Assembly (NCBI GenBank): GCA_017398045.1
Contig: JAFQHI010000026.1
Span: 99,513-163,512 of the forward strand
DNA: 64,000 nucleotides
Direction of reading: 5' to 3'
DNA from: Alistipes sp.
GTDB taxonomy: Bacteria > Bacteroidota > Bacteroidia > Bacteroidales > Rikenellaceae
A model generated the notes under the pieces. That model worked only from the letters and a program-made list of their open reading frames with translations, did no database searches and was not told where the DNA came from. This document shows positions 8,847-18,549 of the stretch, one piece after another. How positions within the stretch are numbered: the first letter of the stretch is position 1; each line of letters starts with the position of its first letter. Position numbers and translations under genes: made by a program.

Positions 8847-11402
8847 TCAACCGCACTTCGAGTAGCCGCACGACATACAGGTCAGGCAACCGTTCTGGTA
8901 GGCCATATTCTCCTGGCCGCAGCTCGGACACTTGCCCTTCGACTTCGTACCATCGGCAATGTACTGCTTCAGGGCGCGGCATACACCCGACTTCCAGGTG
9001 TTAATCGACTCGCTATCCAGGTGCAGCGAATCAATCAGGGCTACCGCCTTCTCAATCGGCATACCGTAGCGCAATACACCCGAGATGAGCTTGGCGTAGT
9101 TCCAGAACTCCTCGTTGAACAGACGCGATACGCCACCAATCGTGTTCGTGTAGCCGTAGCGGTCCTTATATTGGAAGTCGTAACGCTTCTCTCCGTTCTC
9201 CTCGCGGACCTTGATGATGAAGCCCTTCGTAATCTTGCGCGGGATGTACATGGCATCCTCCTCAATCTTACCCGTGAAAATCTCATACGGACGGCCATCC
9301 TGCAAGCCCACAAAGGCAATCCAATCGTCCGAGCCGTTCTTGAAGCGGATAATATCGGCCGGAATCGACTTCGGACGCTGCGGAACCTGACCCGGGTAGG
9401 TCTCGCACTTCGAGGCCTTCTTCTTCGAGTTCTTATCAAGCAGCACACCGTCGCGGCAACCGTCACGGTAGACCGTAACACCCTTACAGCCACACTCCCA
9501 AGCGGTGCGATATACATCGGCAACCAACGCCTCCGATACGTTGTTCGGCAGGTTCACGGTCACAGAAATCGAGTGGTCCACCCACTTCTGGATAGCACCC
9601 TGCATCTTGACTTTGGCCACCCAGTCAATGTCGTTGGCCGTGGCACCGTGGTAGGGCGAAGCGGCCACCCAGGTGTTCAGCTCCTCGTCCGAAATGGTCG
9701 AGAGCTTCTCCGTGTCGTAACCGTTGGCGGCCAACCACTTCACGAAGTTGTGGTGATAGACGTTGTACTCCTGGAACTTCTCGCCCGTCTCGTCCATATA
9801 ATCAACGTGCGTATCGACATCCGAGGGGTTAATCTTGCGGCGACGCTTATAGACGGTGCGGAATACCGGCTCGATACCCGACGTAGTCTGCGACATGAGC
9901 GACGTGGTACCCGTGGGGGCAATGGTCAGCATGGCGATGTTGCGACGACCCACCTTGACCATCTCCTCGTAGAGTGCCGGGTCGGCCTCCTTGATGCGGT
10001 TAATCATCGGGTTGTTCTTCTCCTTCTCGGCATCATAAACCTGGAAAGCACCACGCTCGCCGGCCATCTTCACCGAGGCACGGTAGGCCTCCACGGCCAG
10101 CGTCTTCTGTACCTTGACGGCAAAGTCAATCGCCTCCTCCGAGCCGTAGCGCAGGCCCAAAGCGGCCAACATATCGCCCTCGGCCGTGATACCGAGACCC
10201 GTGCGGCGACCCTTGAGGGCCATCGAGCGAATCTTGTTCCACAGCTCAATCTCTACGCGACGTACATCCTCGTCCTCGGGGTCGGCCGAAATCTTCTCGA
10301 TAATCAGCTCCACCTTCTCCAACTCCAGGTCGATGATGTCATCCATCATGCGCATCGCCTTCTCAACGTGGGCCTTGAACTTGTCGAAGTTGAAGTAGGC
10401 ATCCTCCTTGAAGGGGTTCTCTACGTAGCTCAACAGGTTGATGGCCAAGAGACGGCACGAGTCGTAGGGACACAGGGGAATCTCACCGCAGGGGTTGGTC
10501 GAAACGGTGCGGAAGCCTTCGTCGGCATAGCAGTCGGGGACACTCTCCTTGAGAATCGTATCCCAGAACAGCACACCCGGCTCGGCCGAACGCCAAGCGT
10601 TGTGGATAATCTTCTCCCAAAGCTTCTTGGCCTCGATTTTCTGCTCATATTTGGGCTGCTCGGCACCAATGGGGAACTGCTGCGTATATTTCTTGTTGGC
10701 AATGGCGGCACGCATGAAGTCGTCGTCAATCTTAATCGAGACGTTGGCACCGGTCACCTTGCCCGTATCCACCTTGGCATCAATGAAACGCTCGGCATCG
10801 GGGTGCTTAATCGAGAGCGAAAGCATCAGCGCACCGCGACGGCCATCCTGTGCCACCTCGCGCGTCGAGTTCGAGTAACGCTCCATGAAGGGGACGATAC
10901 CGGTCGAGGTGAGGGCCGAGTTCAAAACGGGGCTACCCGTGGGGCGGATGTGCGAGAGGTCGTGACCTACACCGCCGCGACGCTTCATGAGCTGCACCTG
11001 CTCCTCGTCCATGCGGAAGATACCGCCATACGAGTCGGCCGGATTGCGGTGGCCGATGACGAAGCAGTTCGAAAGCGAGGCAATCTGGAAATTGTTACCG
11101 ATACCGGTCATCGGGCCACCCTGCGGAATGATGTAGCGGAAGTGGTCCAGGAGCGAGAAGACCTCCTCCTTCGACATGGGGTTCGGATATTTGTTCTCGA
11201 TGCGCTCAATCTCGGCAGCAATGCGCTCGTGCATCTGCTTCGGAGAACGCTCGTAAATGTTGCCGTAGGAGTCCTTCAGAGCGTACTTGCTCACCCAGAC
11301 CGTGGCGGCCAGGTCGTCACCCTCGAAATAGACTTTCGATTCGGCAACCGCGTCGTTGTAATCAACTTTCTGCGGTACAGCAGTTTGGATGTTTTTGGTC
11401 AT
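8847..11402 (-). CDS. nrdJ: Class II (adenosylcobalamin-dependent) ribonucleoside-diphosphate reductase
   Basis: SLSNCFV, RRGGGVG, STNPCGEIPL (catalytic Cys/Glu), TIAPTGT, GCKGVTVYRDG, C-terminal CPSC..CLTCMSCGYSKC. No beta-subunit gene adjacent. Confidence 0.93.
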   Translation of the reverse strand: MTKNIQTAVPQKVDYNDAVAESKVYFEGDDLAATVWVSKYALKDSYGNIYERSPKQMHERIAAEIERIENKYPNPMSKEEVFSLLDHFRYIIPQGGPMTGIGNNFQIASLSNCFVIGHRNPADSYGGIFRMDEEQVQLMKRRGGVGHDLSHIRPTGSPVLNSALTSTGIVPFMERYSNSTREVAQDGRRGALMLSLSIKHPDAERFIDAKVDTGKVTGANVSIKIDDDFMRAAIANKKYTQQFPIGAEQPKYEQKIEAKKLWEKIIHNAWRSAEPGVLFWDTILKESVPDCYADEGFRTVSTNPCGEIPLCPYDSCRLLAINLLSYVENPFKEDAYFNFDKFKAHVEKAMRMMDDIIDLELEKVELIIEKISADPEDEDVRRVEIELWNKIRSMALKGRRTGLGITAEGDMLAALGLRYGSEEAIDFAVKVQKTLAVEAYRASVKMAGERGAFQVYDAEKEKNNPMINRIKEADPALYEEMVKVGRRNIAMLTIAPTGTTSLMSQTTSGIEPVFRTVYKRRRKINPSDVDTHVDYMDETGEKFQEYNVYHHNFVKWLAANGYDTEKLSTISDEELNTWVAASPYHGATANDIDWVAKVKMQGAIQKWVDHSISVTVNLPNNVSEALVADVYRTAWECGCKGVTVYRDGCRDGVLLDKNSKKKASKCETYPGQVPQRPKSIPADIIRFKNGSDDWIAFVGLQDGRPYEIFTGKIEEDAMYIPRKITKGFIIKVREENGEKRYDFQYKDRYGYTNTIGGVSRLFNEEFWNYAKLISGVLRYGMPIEKAVALIDSLHLDSESINTWKSGVCRALKQYIADGTKSKGKCPSCGQENMAYQNGCLTCMSCGYSKCG

Positions 11403-11598
11403 CGTAAAAGGTGGATTTTTATCGTTACTTTGCCATAAATTCGTAAGGACAAAATTACAGACTTTCTACCCGAAAAAAGTCACTTCGCAAGCCAAATTTA
11501 TTGACACGCTATTAACAAAACAAAGAAAACGCCCGTAGGCGTTTCCCAGACCCCGATTCCGAGATTCGGGGCATTCTTTTTTTTCTGCGAACGGTTTG

Positions 11599-11973
11599 CT
11601 ACTTGACGGCGATGCAGTCAATCTCGACCTTGGCACCCATCGGGAGCTTGGCCACCTCGTAGCAGACGCGTGCCGGCTTTTCGCCCGTGAAGTACTCGGC
11701 ATAGACGGCATTCATGGCGGCGAAGTCGGCAATGCTGTCCAAGAGGACGGTGGTCTTCACGACGTCCGAGTAGTCCATGCCGGCCTCCTTCAGGATGTGG
11801 CCGATGTCCTTGAGCGACTGATGGGTCTGCTCCTCGATTGTCTCGGGCATCTGTCCGGTGGCACCATCGATGGGCAGCTGGCCCGATGCGTAGAGCGTGT
11901 TGTCGCACAAAACGGCTTGCGAGTAGGGACCTACGGCCTTCGGCGCGTAGGGCGATGCGATGATTTTCTTCAT
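11599..11973 (-). CDS. ridA: RidA/YjgF/YER057c enamine-imine deaminase
   Basis: APKAVGPYSQAV, SGQLPID, NAVYAEYF, PARVCYEVAKLPMGAKVEI. Confidence 0.92.
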   Translation of the reverse strand: MKKIIASPYAPKAVGPYSQAVLCDNTLYASGQLPIDGATGQMPETIEEQTHQSLKDIGHILKEAGMDYSDVVKTTVLLDSIADFAAMNAVYAEYFTGEKPARVCYEVAKLPMGAKVEIDCIAVK

Positions 11974-11983
11974 ATGTGTTTGT

Positions 11984-12094
11984 ATAAAGGTTGCTAAAAG
12001 GGTGTGTTAAAGGATTGCTAAAGGTTACTAAAGGTGATTAAAGGTAGCTAAAGGCCCCCCTAATTTTTAATTCTAAATTCTAAATTCTACATTC
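11984..12094. repeat. 10-bp-period [CT]TAAAGG array followed by an AATTCTA heptamer array
   Basis: ctaaaggtta ctaaaggtga ttaaaggtag ctaaagg (to 12054); aattcta aattcta aattcta cattc (12069-12094). Confidence 0.8.
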
Positions 12095-12836
12095 CCTTTG
12101 CTCGTTTTGCCATGGCCGAGGCAAAGACGAAGTCGTTCAGCTCGCGGTTCTCGGCGTGGAGAATATCCTCCTTTGTTCCCTCCCACCATTTGTGGCCCTC
12201 GTGGATATAGACAATCTTTTCGCCAATCTCCATCACCGAGTTCATATCGTGGGTGTTGATGATGGTCGTGATGTTGTACTCCTTCGTGATTTCGTGAATC
12301 AGGTTGTCAATCACAATCGAGGTCTGCGGGTCGAGACCCGAGTTCGGCTCGTCGCAGAACAGGTAGCGCGGATTCATCACAATGGCGCGGGCAATGGCCA
12401 CACGCTTAATCATACCGCCCGAGAGTTCGGCAGGGTAGAGGTGGTTGGCATTTTCGAGCCTTACGCGCTTCAGACAGAAATTCACACGCTCCATCTTCTC
12501 CTCCTCGGACTGCTCGGTGAAGAGGTCGAGCGGCAGTTTGATGTTCTCCTCGACGGTCGAAGAGTCGAGCAACGCCCCACCCTGGAAAATCATGCCGATA
12601 TCCTTGCGGATGGCCTTGCGCTCCATGAAGCCCAACTGCGTGTAGTTCGTCTCGTCGTACCAGACCGACCCTTCGTCCGGCTCGTGCAGGCCGACCAACG
12701 TCTTGAGCAGCACCGTCTTACCCGAACCACTGCGGCCGATGATAAGGTTCGTGCATCCGGTCTTGAACTCGACCGAAATGTCGTTCAGCACGGTGCGTCC
12801 GTCGAAGGATTTGATGATATGTTCGGCGCGAATCAT
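12087..12836 (-). CDS. mlaF: ABC transporter ATP-binding protein, MlaF/Mkl-like
   Basis: GRSGSGKT, LSGGMIKRVAIARA, DEPNSGLDP; coupled to an MlaE permease. Confidence 0.85.
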   Translation of the reverse strand: MIRAEHIIKSFDGRTVLNDISVEFKTGCTNLIIGRSGSGKTVLLKTLVGLHEPDEGSVWYDETNYTQLGFMERKAIRKDIGMIFQGGALLDSSTVEENIKLPLDLFTEQSEEEKMERVNFCLKRVRLENANHLYPAELSGGMIKRVAIARAIVMNPRYLFCDEPNSGLDPQTSIVIDNLIHEITKEYNITTIINTHDMNSVMEIGEKIVYIHEGHKWWEGTKEDILHAENRELNDFVFASAMAKRAKGM

Positions 12837-13576
12837 ATGAGCAGGATTTGCGTAAGAATCAGGTTAAAAATCATGATAACGACCGACCCCGCGACCACGG
12901 CACGGGTCGAGGCCTTGCCCACCTCCAGCGAGTTGCCCTTGGCGTAGTAGCCGAAGAAGGCCGATATGGAGGTGATGATGAAGGCGAAGACGGCCGATTT
13001 GATGAGCGAATAGGTAATCGAGTAGGGGCGGAAGTCAATCAGGATGCCCTCGATGTAGTTCGAGGGAATCATGATGCCCGTGGCAATGGCAATCAGGTAG
13101 CCGCCCACGATGCCGATGCCAATCGAGAGAATGGTCAAAAGCGGGAAGAAAAAGACCGCTGCCACAATCTTCGGCAGAATGAGGTACGAGGCCGAATTGA
13201 TGCCCATAATCTCCAGTGCATCAATCTGCTCGGTGATGCGCATCGTGCCAATCTCGGAGGCGATGGCCGAACCGACCTTGCCCGAAAGAATCAGCGCGAC
13301 GACCGTCGATGAGAATTCCAGAATCATCGTCTCGCGCGTGGCGTAGCCGATGAGCGACTGCGGGATGAAGGGCGACTCGAGGTTGATACACATCTGGAGC
13401 GTGATGACCGCACCGATGAAGATGGAGATGATGGCCGTCAGGCCAATCGAGTCGATGCCGATGGCCTCCATCTCATAGACAATTCGCCGGCGGTAAATCG
13501 AAAACTTCTCGGGACGGGAAAAGACCTTTCCCATCAGCAGAAAGTAGCGACCGATAAGTTCAAAGAACTTCAGCAT
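12833..13576 (-). CDS. mlaE: MlaE-family ABC permease
   Basis: GKVGSAIASEIGTMRITEQIDALEIMG, EVGKASTRAVV. Confidence 0.88.
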   Translation of the reverse strand: MLKFFELIGRYFLLMGKVFSRPEKFSIYRRRIVYEMEAIGIDSIGLTAIISIFIGAVITLQMCINLESPFIPQSLIGYATRETMILEFSSTVVALILSGKVGSAIASEIGTMRITEQIDALEIMGINSASYLILPKIVAAVFFFPLLTILSIGIGIVGGYLIAIATGIMIPSNYIEGILIDFRPYSITYSLIKSAVFAFIITSISAFFGYYAKGNSLEVGKASTRAVVAGSVVIMIFNLILTQILLI

Positions 13577-13582
13577 AACTCG

Positions 13583-13984
13583 TTACTCTTTGGTCTCTTC
13601 GAATTCGACATAATCGCCCACATCCTCCGAGATGCGCTTCTCGGGGGTGGCGGTGGTCTTGTGGACGGTCACCTCGCCCTCCTCGGGTTGGTTGGTGGGG
13701 CGTTGTTGACGGGCAAAGGGGTTGAATCCCTGGCTGTGGTGCTGTTGCTGCTGCCCGAATTGGTCGCGCACCTGCTGCTGGACCTTGTAGATGCGCCAGC
13801 GCAGGGCGATGAGCAGGACGATAATGGCGATGGCAAAGCCAAGCATTATATATAATATAAGTGTTGCCAGACCGCGCAATACGGCCGGAGCGGCAATGGC
13901 CAGGATGACCACTACGGCTACAAAAACCGGATTTCGACGGACGAAACCGAGGAGCGCGTCTAACAGTGCATTCAAATAATTCAT
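13583..13984 (-). CDS. DUF4834-like membrane protein
   Basis: Start refined to MNYLNALL (ATG at 13984); two TM segments, Q-rich linker, C-terminal GDYVEFEE. Confidence 0.65.
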   Translation of the reverse strand: MNYLNALLDALLGFVRRNPVFVAVVVILAIAAPAVLRGLATLILYIMLGFAIAIIVLLIALRWRIYKVQQQVRDQFGQQQQHHSQGFNPFARQQRPTNQPEEGEVTVHKTTATPEKRISEDVGDYVEFEETKE

Positions 13985-14097
13985 CGTTTTCGGGGTGTTA
14001 AGACATCCTTTTCCACTTACAAAGGTAGCGAAAATTATGCTTTTTTCAATATTTGTCGTAAATTTGGTGCCGAAAATAAACAACAATCATCCGCATT

Positions 14098-15447
14098 ATG
14101 AGTACTCCCCTGACTGCAATCTCCCCGATTGATGGCCGCTACCGCCGCGTGACGGAGCCTTTGGCCGCCTATTTTTCCGAGCAGGCACTGATTCGTTACC
14201 GCATCCGTGTCGAGGTCGAATATTTTATCGCCCTGTGCGAATTGCCGCTGCCCCAGCTTGCAGGGGTCGATAAGTCGGCCTATGCCGCCCTGCGTTCGCT
14301 CTATCTCGACTTCTCGCCCGCCTCGGCAGAGCGCGTGAAGGAGATTGAGGCGGTGACGAACCACGATGTGAAGGCCATCGAGTATATCCTCAAGGAGAAG
14401 ATGGACGAGATTGGTCTGGAGGCTTATAAGGAGTTCGTTCACTTCGGCCTTACGTCGCAGGATATCAACAATACGGCCGTACCCCTCTCGATGAAGGAGG
14501 CCCTGGAGGAGGTGCTGTACCCCGCCTTCGAGGAGGTCGTTGCGAAGATTCGCTCGATGGCCGAGGAGTGGATGGGTGTGCCGATGTTGGCCCGCACGCA
14601 TGGTCAGCCCGCATCGCCCACGGTCTTGGGCAAGGAGTTCATGGTCTATGTTGAGCGTCTGGAGAAGCAGATTGCCCAGCTGAAGGCGGTTCCCGTGCCG
14701 GCCAAATTCGGTGGTGCTACGGGTAATATGAACGCTCACCATGCCGCCTATCCCGCACGTGATTGGGTCGCCTTCGCCAACACCTTTGTCGGTGAGACGC
14801 TCGGCCTGTGCCGCTCGCAATATACCACCCAGATTGAGCATTACGACAACCTGGCCGCGATGTTCGATGCCCTGAAGCGTATCTCGACCATCCTCATTGA
14901 CCTGGCTCGCGATATGTGGATGTACATCTCGTCGGAGTACTTCAAACAGCAGATTAAGGCCGGTGAGGTAGGCTCGAGTGCCATGCCGCACAAGGTCAAT
15001 CCGATTGACTTTGAGAATGCCGAGGGTAACCTCGGTATGGCGATTGCCGTCTATGAGTTCCTTTCGCGCAAGCTCCCCGTATCGCGTCTGCAACGCGACC
15101 TTACGGACTCGACCGTGTTGCGCAACGTGGGCGTGCCGATGGCCCATACGCTCATCGCCCTCAAATCGCTCATGAAGGGGTTGAACAAGGTGCTGCTCAA
15201 CGAGGCTGCGCTGAATCGTGACCTGGAGGAGAACTGGGCTGTGGTGGCCGAGGGTATCCAAACCATCCTTCGCCGCGAGGGCTACCCGAAGCCCTACGAG
15301 GCATTGAAGGCCCTCACCCGCACCAACACCCACATCACCGAGCAGTCTATCAAGGAGTTCATCGAGACCCTGAACGTCGGCGAAAGCGTGAAGGAGGAGT
15401 TACGTCAGTTGTCGCCCTCGAGCTATACGGGCGTCTTCCGCAAGTAA
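14098..15447 (+). CDS. purB: Adenylosuccinate lyase
   Basis: LTAISPIDGRY, MLARTHGQPASPT, GSSAMPHKVNPIDFENAEGN, SRLQRDLTDS. Confidence 0.97.
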   Translation: MSTPLTAISPIDGRYRRVTEPLAAYFSEQALIRYRIRVEVEYFIALCELPLPQLAGVDKSAYAALRSLYLDFSPASAERVKEIEAVTNHDVKAIEYILKEKMDEIGLEAYKEFVHFGLTSQDINNTAVPLSMKEALEEVLYPAFEEVVAKIRSMAEEWMGVPMLARTHGQPASPTVLGKEFMVYVERLEKQIAQLKAVPVPAKFGGATGNMNAHHAAYPARDWVAFANTFVGETLGLCRSQYTTQIEHYDNLAAMFDALKRISTILIDLARDMWMYISSEYFKQQIKAGEVGSSAMPHKVNPIDFENAEGNLGMAIAVYEFLSRKLPVSRLQRDLTDSTVLRNVGVPMAHTLIALKSLMKGLNKVLLNEAALNRDLEENWAVVAEGIQTILRREGYPKPYEALKALTRTNTHITEQSIKEFIETLNVGESVKEELRQLSPSSYTGVFRK

Positions 15448-15571
15448 TTTTTCGATTTTATAGGGCATCTTTGCACTTGCTCTCGCGAGGCGCGAATGGG
15501 AAATACGTTAGTATGACCCATCCGCGCCTCACTTCGTTTAAGTACAAATCTGCACCTCTAAAATCAAAAAA
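15448..15571. repeat. ~124-bp palindromic REP/MITE-like element, copy 1
   Basis: Ends ttttcgatttta...taaaatcaaaaa, centre gaatggg..tac..gta..cccatcc; homologous to 36282-36404. Confidence 0.7.
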
Positions 15572-15600
15572 TGGTGATGGTGGGTTATGGCCTATTTTCG

Positions 15601-15694
15601 ATTAAAGGTAGCTAAAGGTGACTAAAGGTGACTAAAGTGTGAAACTCCTATTGTGCCTTCCCTTAGTAACCTTTAGCAACCCTTAGTTCCCTTT
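15601..15694. repeat. 10-bp-period [CT]TAAAGG array with an inverted second arm
   Basis: attaaaggta gctaaaggtg actaaaggtg actaaag ... cttagtaacc tttagcaacc cttagttccc; 18-mer attaaaggtagctaaagg is identical to 12037-12054. Confidence 0.8.
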
Positions 15695-15720
15695 ATTTTG
15701 AATTTCATGGAGGGCGCAGC

Positions 15721-15825
15721 CCATCCCCTCCTCTTCGCAAAAGGGTTTGCAAGGGCCTTGGGGATTGGCTACTACGCGAGCTATAGGCTCGCTTCGTGAC
15801 GCCTTTCCCCTCCGCTCGCCGCGGG
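15721..15825 (+). repeat. 105-bp direct repeat, left copy
   Basis: Matches 28767-28872 with one substitution and a 1-nt indel. Confidence 0.9.
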
Positions 15826-15930
15826 CCTCAAGTCCTCCCTTAACAAAGGATAAAACATTGGCAAAAATATAAGGGATCAGTCCTAAAAAACCGGTGGGGG
15901 GAATAAAGCAAAATATACTATCTTTGTGGT

Positions 15931-16215
15931 ATGGGCAAGCGTAAAGAGAAGATAGAAGATCCATTGAAGTTGTTGTTGCCTGGGGCGATATACGACTATT
16001 TTGAGTTGGTACATACCGAGGTTTCCGAAGTAGTTGTACATCTGTTTTTAGATGAGCAGCCCCTGCCACCTAAGGCTGTTGGTTATGAGAGTAAGGGGTT
16101 TACCGAGCAGAGCATCATACAAGATTTTCCGCTCAGAGGCAAGCCGGTCTTTCTTCATATTCGCCGTCGTAAGTGGCTCGAAAAGAGCACAGGAAAGGTC
16201 CTGACAAATAGTTAG
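15931..16215 (+). pseudogene. ISL3-family (ISAon1-like) transposase N-terminal fragment
   Basis: LLLPGAIYDYFEL...HLFLDE...SKGF...IQDFPLRGKPVFLHIRRRKW, ending abruptly; no catalytic C-terminal part follows. Confidence 0.75.
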
Positions 16216-16436
16216 ACCCTCTGTAGAATGTAGATAGTGAAGCATTTCATAAAACTTATTGATTGACAAAGTGTTAAGTTGTTTAGATTGAGGGCTTGTT
16301 GTCCGTGCAAAAGTCGTCTAAACATTTATTTTACGAAGATTCTACTCTTCTCATGTAGTCTTCTATGTAGTCTAAATTAAGACCAATTAGTGCTACCAAG
16401 TAAAATAAAGTGACAACTTAACACTTTGTCTCTTTT

Positions 16437-16558
16437 ATGTACACTATTAACATCAAGGGAAAGCCAAATCCCAAGGATCCCGCTATGGTCAAGTTGGAGA
16501 TGATTTCTTCAAGTCCAACTATCCACGAGTAACTAAGGTCGTAAATGTAACAGGTCTT
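16437..16558 (+). pseudogene. Frameshifted N-terminal (arm-binding) fragment of a Bacteroidales tyrosine integrase
   Basis: MYTINIKGKPNPKDPAMVKLEMI, then with one T restored FFKSNYPRVTKVVNVTGLL. This resembles from memory the N-termini of Bacteroidales integrases. Confidence 0.55.
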
Positions 16559-16756
16559 TTGGCGATACCTGCGGACGCTACCACCGCTACTGTTCAGGGT
16601 ATAGAGATGCATGTTATCTCGGCAGAGCAAGCGGACAAGATGCTTGAGGCGGACACAAATGATGAGAAGACTCACGAGTCCATCTTGAAAAATGGACGAT
16701 TCCTATTTGAGTCGAAGAACGGAGAACTCAAAGCACTATACAAAGTACAAGATTAA
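16559..16756 (+). pseudogene. C-terminal part of a small Bacteroidales conjugative-element hypothetical protein
   Basis: AIPADATTATVQGIEMHVISAEQADKML...HESILKNGRFLFES; lacks its own N-terminus and is in frame with the integrase remnant. Confidence 0.45.
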
Positions 16757-16791
16757 GAGCCTGTCTGACATTTTGATTGTTAGACAGGCTC
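16757..16791. terminator. Bidirectional hairpin terminator
   Basis: gagcctgtctgaca / tgttagacaggctc between convergent ORFs. Confidence 0.7.
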
Positions 16792-16815
16792 TTATGGTTT
16801 GAAATAATCAGTCTA

Positions 16816-17853
16816 TTAGTTGACAAAACGAGGTTTTACAAACTTGTCTTTTGTCGTTGTAAATTTCAGACCTGGCATTGTTTTATTCGGAGTAGAATAT
16901 GTAAGCGAGTCAATCAGCGTGTAATCATCTGCATTGATAGCATAGTAACACTGTTCATTTGCGCGATTAACTCGGACAGTCCAATCGAACATATTACCGA
17001 TGATGAGCATCGACTCCGCTTCGGGGTTGAATTGGGGGATCTCGGTCCGTTTTATCGCATAAGAATCGCGCTCAACTACCCAAAAATTACCCTCAACATC
17101 AGTCATAAAGCACAACCATTTACGCGAAGGGAACTCCGTAATAAAGAGATGCTCAACAACCAAATCCTTTGGCAACTCGATAGCGCGTACATAGGCTCGA
17201 CCGACGGTTTGCTTAATATGGAAAAGTTTGCGATTGGCGTCAAGCATTACATATCCTTCGTCGTACTCTTTTCGATCCGTAGGGTTGCCCGACATTCGAT
17301 ACGCGGGGAATACAAAACCCTTGCTCAACATCATCTCCGTAAAACGGTCACTCTTCCTATCGTCAATCTCATTCGTTGCCATCTTCACGAACTCTATACC
17401 CGAGTCGGTGATTCGGAATACATCGTCCGGAAGCGTCAAATCGACTCGTCCCGACATTGACTCCAAGAGCTGCTGTACTCCAATCTTCGGCGCGTTCAAG
17501 TCCAGAGGCGAGATACGCATATTAAAATTGGAGATTTGAACATCGCGCGGAGTTACTGCTCGACCACAGATCGAATCAGGGAAGCGGCCGTCTGTAATTA
17601 ATTGGCGATAATAGAATGTGGGCAGAATCGAATCAAATTGATCCTCGGTATATTCCCCGCCCGTATGATCCTTGTAGGTCATTTTCTTATCTTCGCCGTG
17701 TTGCAGAACTGCGAACTTGCCAACCACAGAGCTATACAGCGTAAACGGCGTATCAGTAGGCTTTACGGCAAAGAAGTTATATATTGATGGTATTTGCCAC
17801 AGCAGAAGCAATACGATCAAACAGCCGAAAAATATTTTACAGGTTCTAATCAT
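16816..17853 (-). CDS. DUF4857-like membrane-anchored protein
   Basis: N-terminal TM; PFTLYSSV, DSILPTFYYRQL, LLESMSGRVDL, LFHIKQTVGR. Confidence 0.7.
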   Translation of the reverse strand: MIRTCKIFFGCLIVLLLLWQIPSIYNFFAVKPTDTPFTLYSSVVGKFAVLQHGEDKKMTYKDHTGGEYTEDQFDSILPTFYYRQLITDGRFPDSICGRAVTPRDVQISNFNMRISPLDLNAPKIGVQQLLESMSGRVDLTLPDDVFRITDSGIEFVKMATNEIDDRKSDRFTEMMLSKGFVFPAYRMSGNPTDRKEYDEGYVMLDANRKLFHIKQTVGRAYVRAIELPKDLVVEHLFITEFPSRKWLCFMTDVEGNFWVVERDSYAIKRTEIPQFNPEAESMLIIGNMFDWTVRVNRANEQCYYAINADDYTLIDSLTYSTPNKTMPGLKFTTTKDKFVKPRFVN

Positions 17854-17873
17854 AATTCATATAACATTTTATG

Positions 17874-18548
17874 TTAATCTTGTCTGCCATCGCGGAATCG
17901 GGTAAGCGATAACATCGACAGCAAACTATACGATAGTGTAACCACTGCTAACAATGGCAGAAAACTATTGTAGGATTCGGGAGCCGGGGACATAAAATAG
18001 ATTCGGAGCAACAGCAGAGCAATGACACCATTGATCACACGATGTTTCCACGTAGGTTCCAACGAAATCCACGCCGTGAGCAGGTAGGCTGCCAGCCCTG
18101 CCAAATACCACGGCAGCGTGCTCAGAATGATATGCTGCCACAGTTCAGGGGCCAACACCGATTGCAGATAGCCCCACATCAATGCTAATGACAGAGCAAA
18201 TGTTGCGATAAGCAGCACACTACCGAACGACAACATCGCTGTGACAGCTCGCGTGGCGCGAATTGGTAGATGCAACGTCAGCTTAAACGATTTATGGTGC
18301 ATCTCTGGAACGAACTGCACAAGAGCTAAGGCGAGGCCCACAAATAGCGGAACAAATTGCAGCAAATCCACGAAGATTGCATCTCGTTGGATCATTACAA
18401 TCCACAAATGCTCGGCACCTTTCATCGAATAAACACGAGCGACACGCAGCATAGCATAGCCTGCAAATCCGATTGAGAGCAGCAACGCCAACAGCCAATA
18501 CCAACGTGTTTTAATCCATTCTTTATAAAATATAGCTTTTATCATCAT
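17874..18548 (-). CDS. ABC-2-type permease-like membrane protein
   Basis: IFYKEWIKTR start, KLTLHLP motif, ~6 TM helices, next to an ABC ATPase. Confidence 0.7.
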   Translation of the reverse strand: MMIKAIFYKEWIKTRWYWLLALLLSIGFAGYAMLRVARVYSMKGAEHLWIVMIQRDAIFVDLLQFVPLFVGLALALVQFVPEMHHKSFKLTLHLPIRATRAVTAMLSFGSVLLIATFALSLALMWGYLQSVLAPELWQHIILSTLPWYLAGLAAYLLTAWISLEPTWKHRVINGVIALLLLRIYFMSPAPESYNSFLPLLAVVTLSYSLLSMLSLTRFRDGRQD

Positions 18549-18549
18549 T

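Noticed and set aside
8847-11402. Intein or intron in nrdJ (also checked rpoB/rpoC)
   Set aside because: Reading frames are continuous, of ordinary length, with no splice or homing-endonuclease motifs.
11403-11598. Cobalamin riboswitch upstream of nrdJ
   Set aside because: No B12-box or conserved core visible in the short leader.
15683-16069. ORFs 15683-16069(-), 28710-28973(-) and 28917-29243(+)
   Set aside because: They run through the direct repeats, palindromes and tRNA; their shared peptide text only reflects the DNA repeat.
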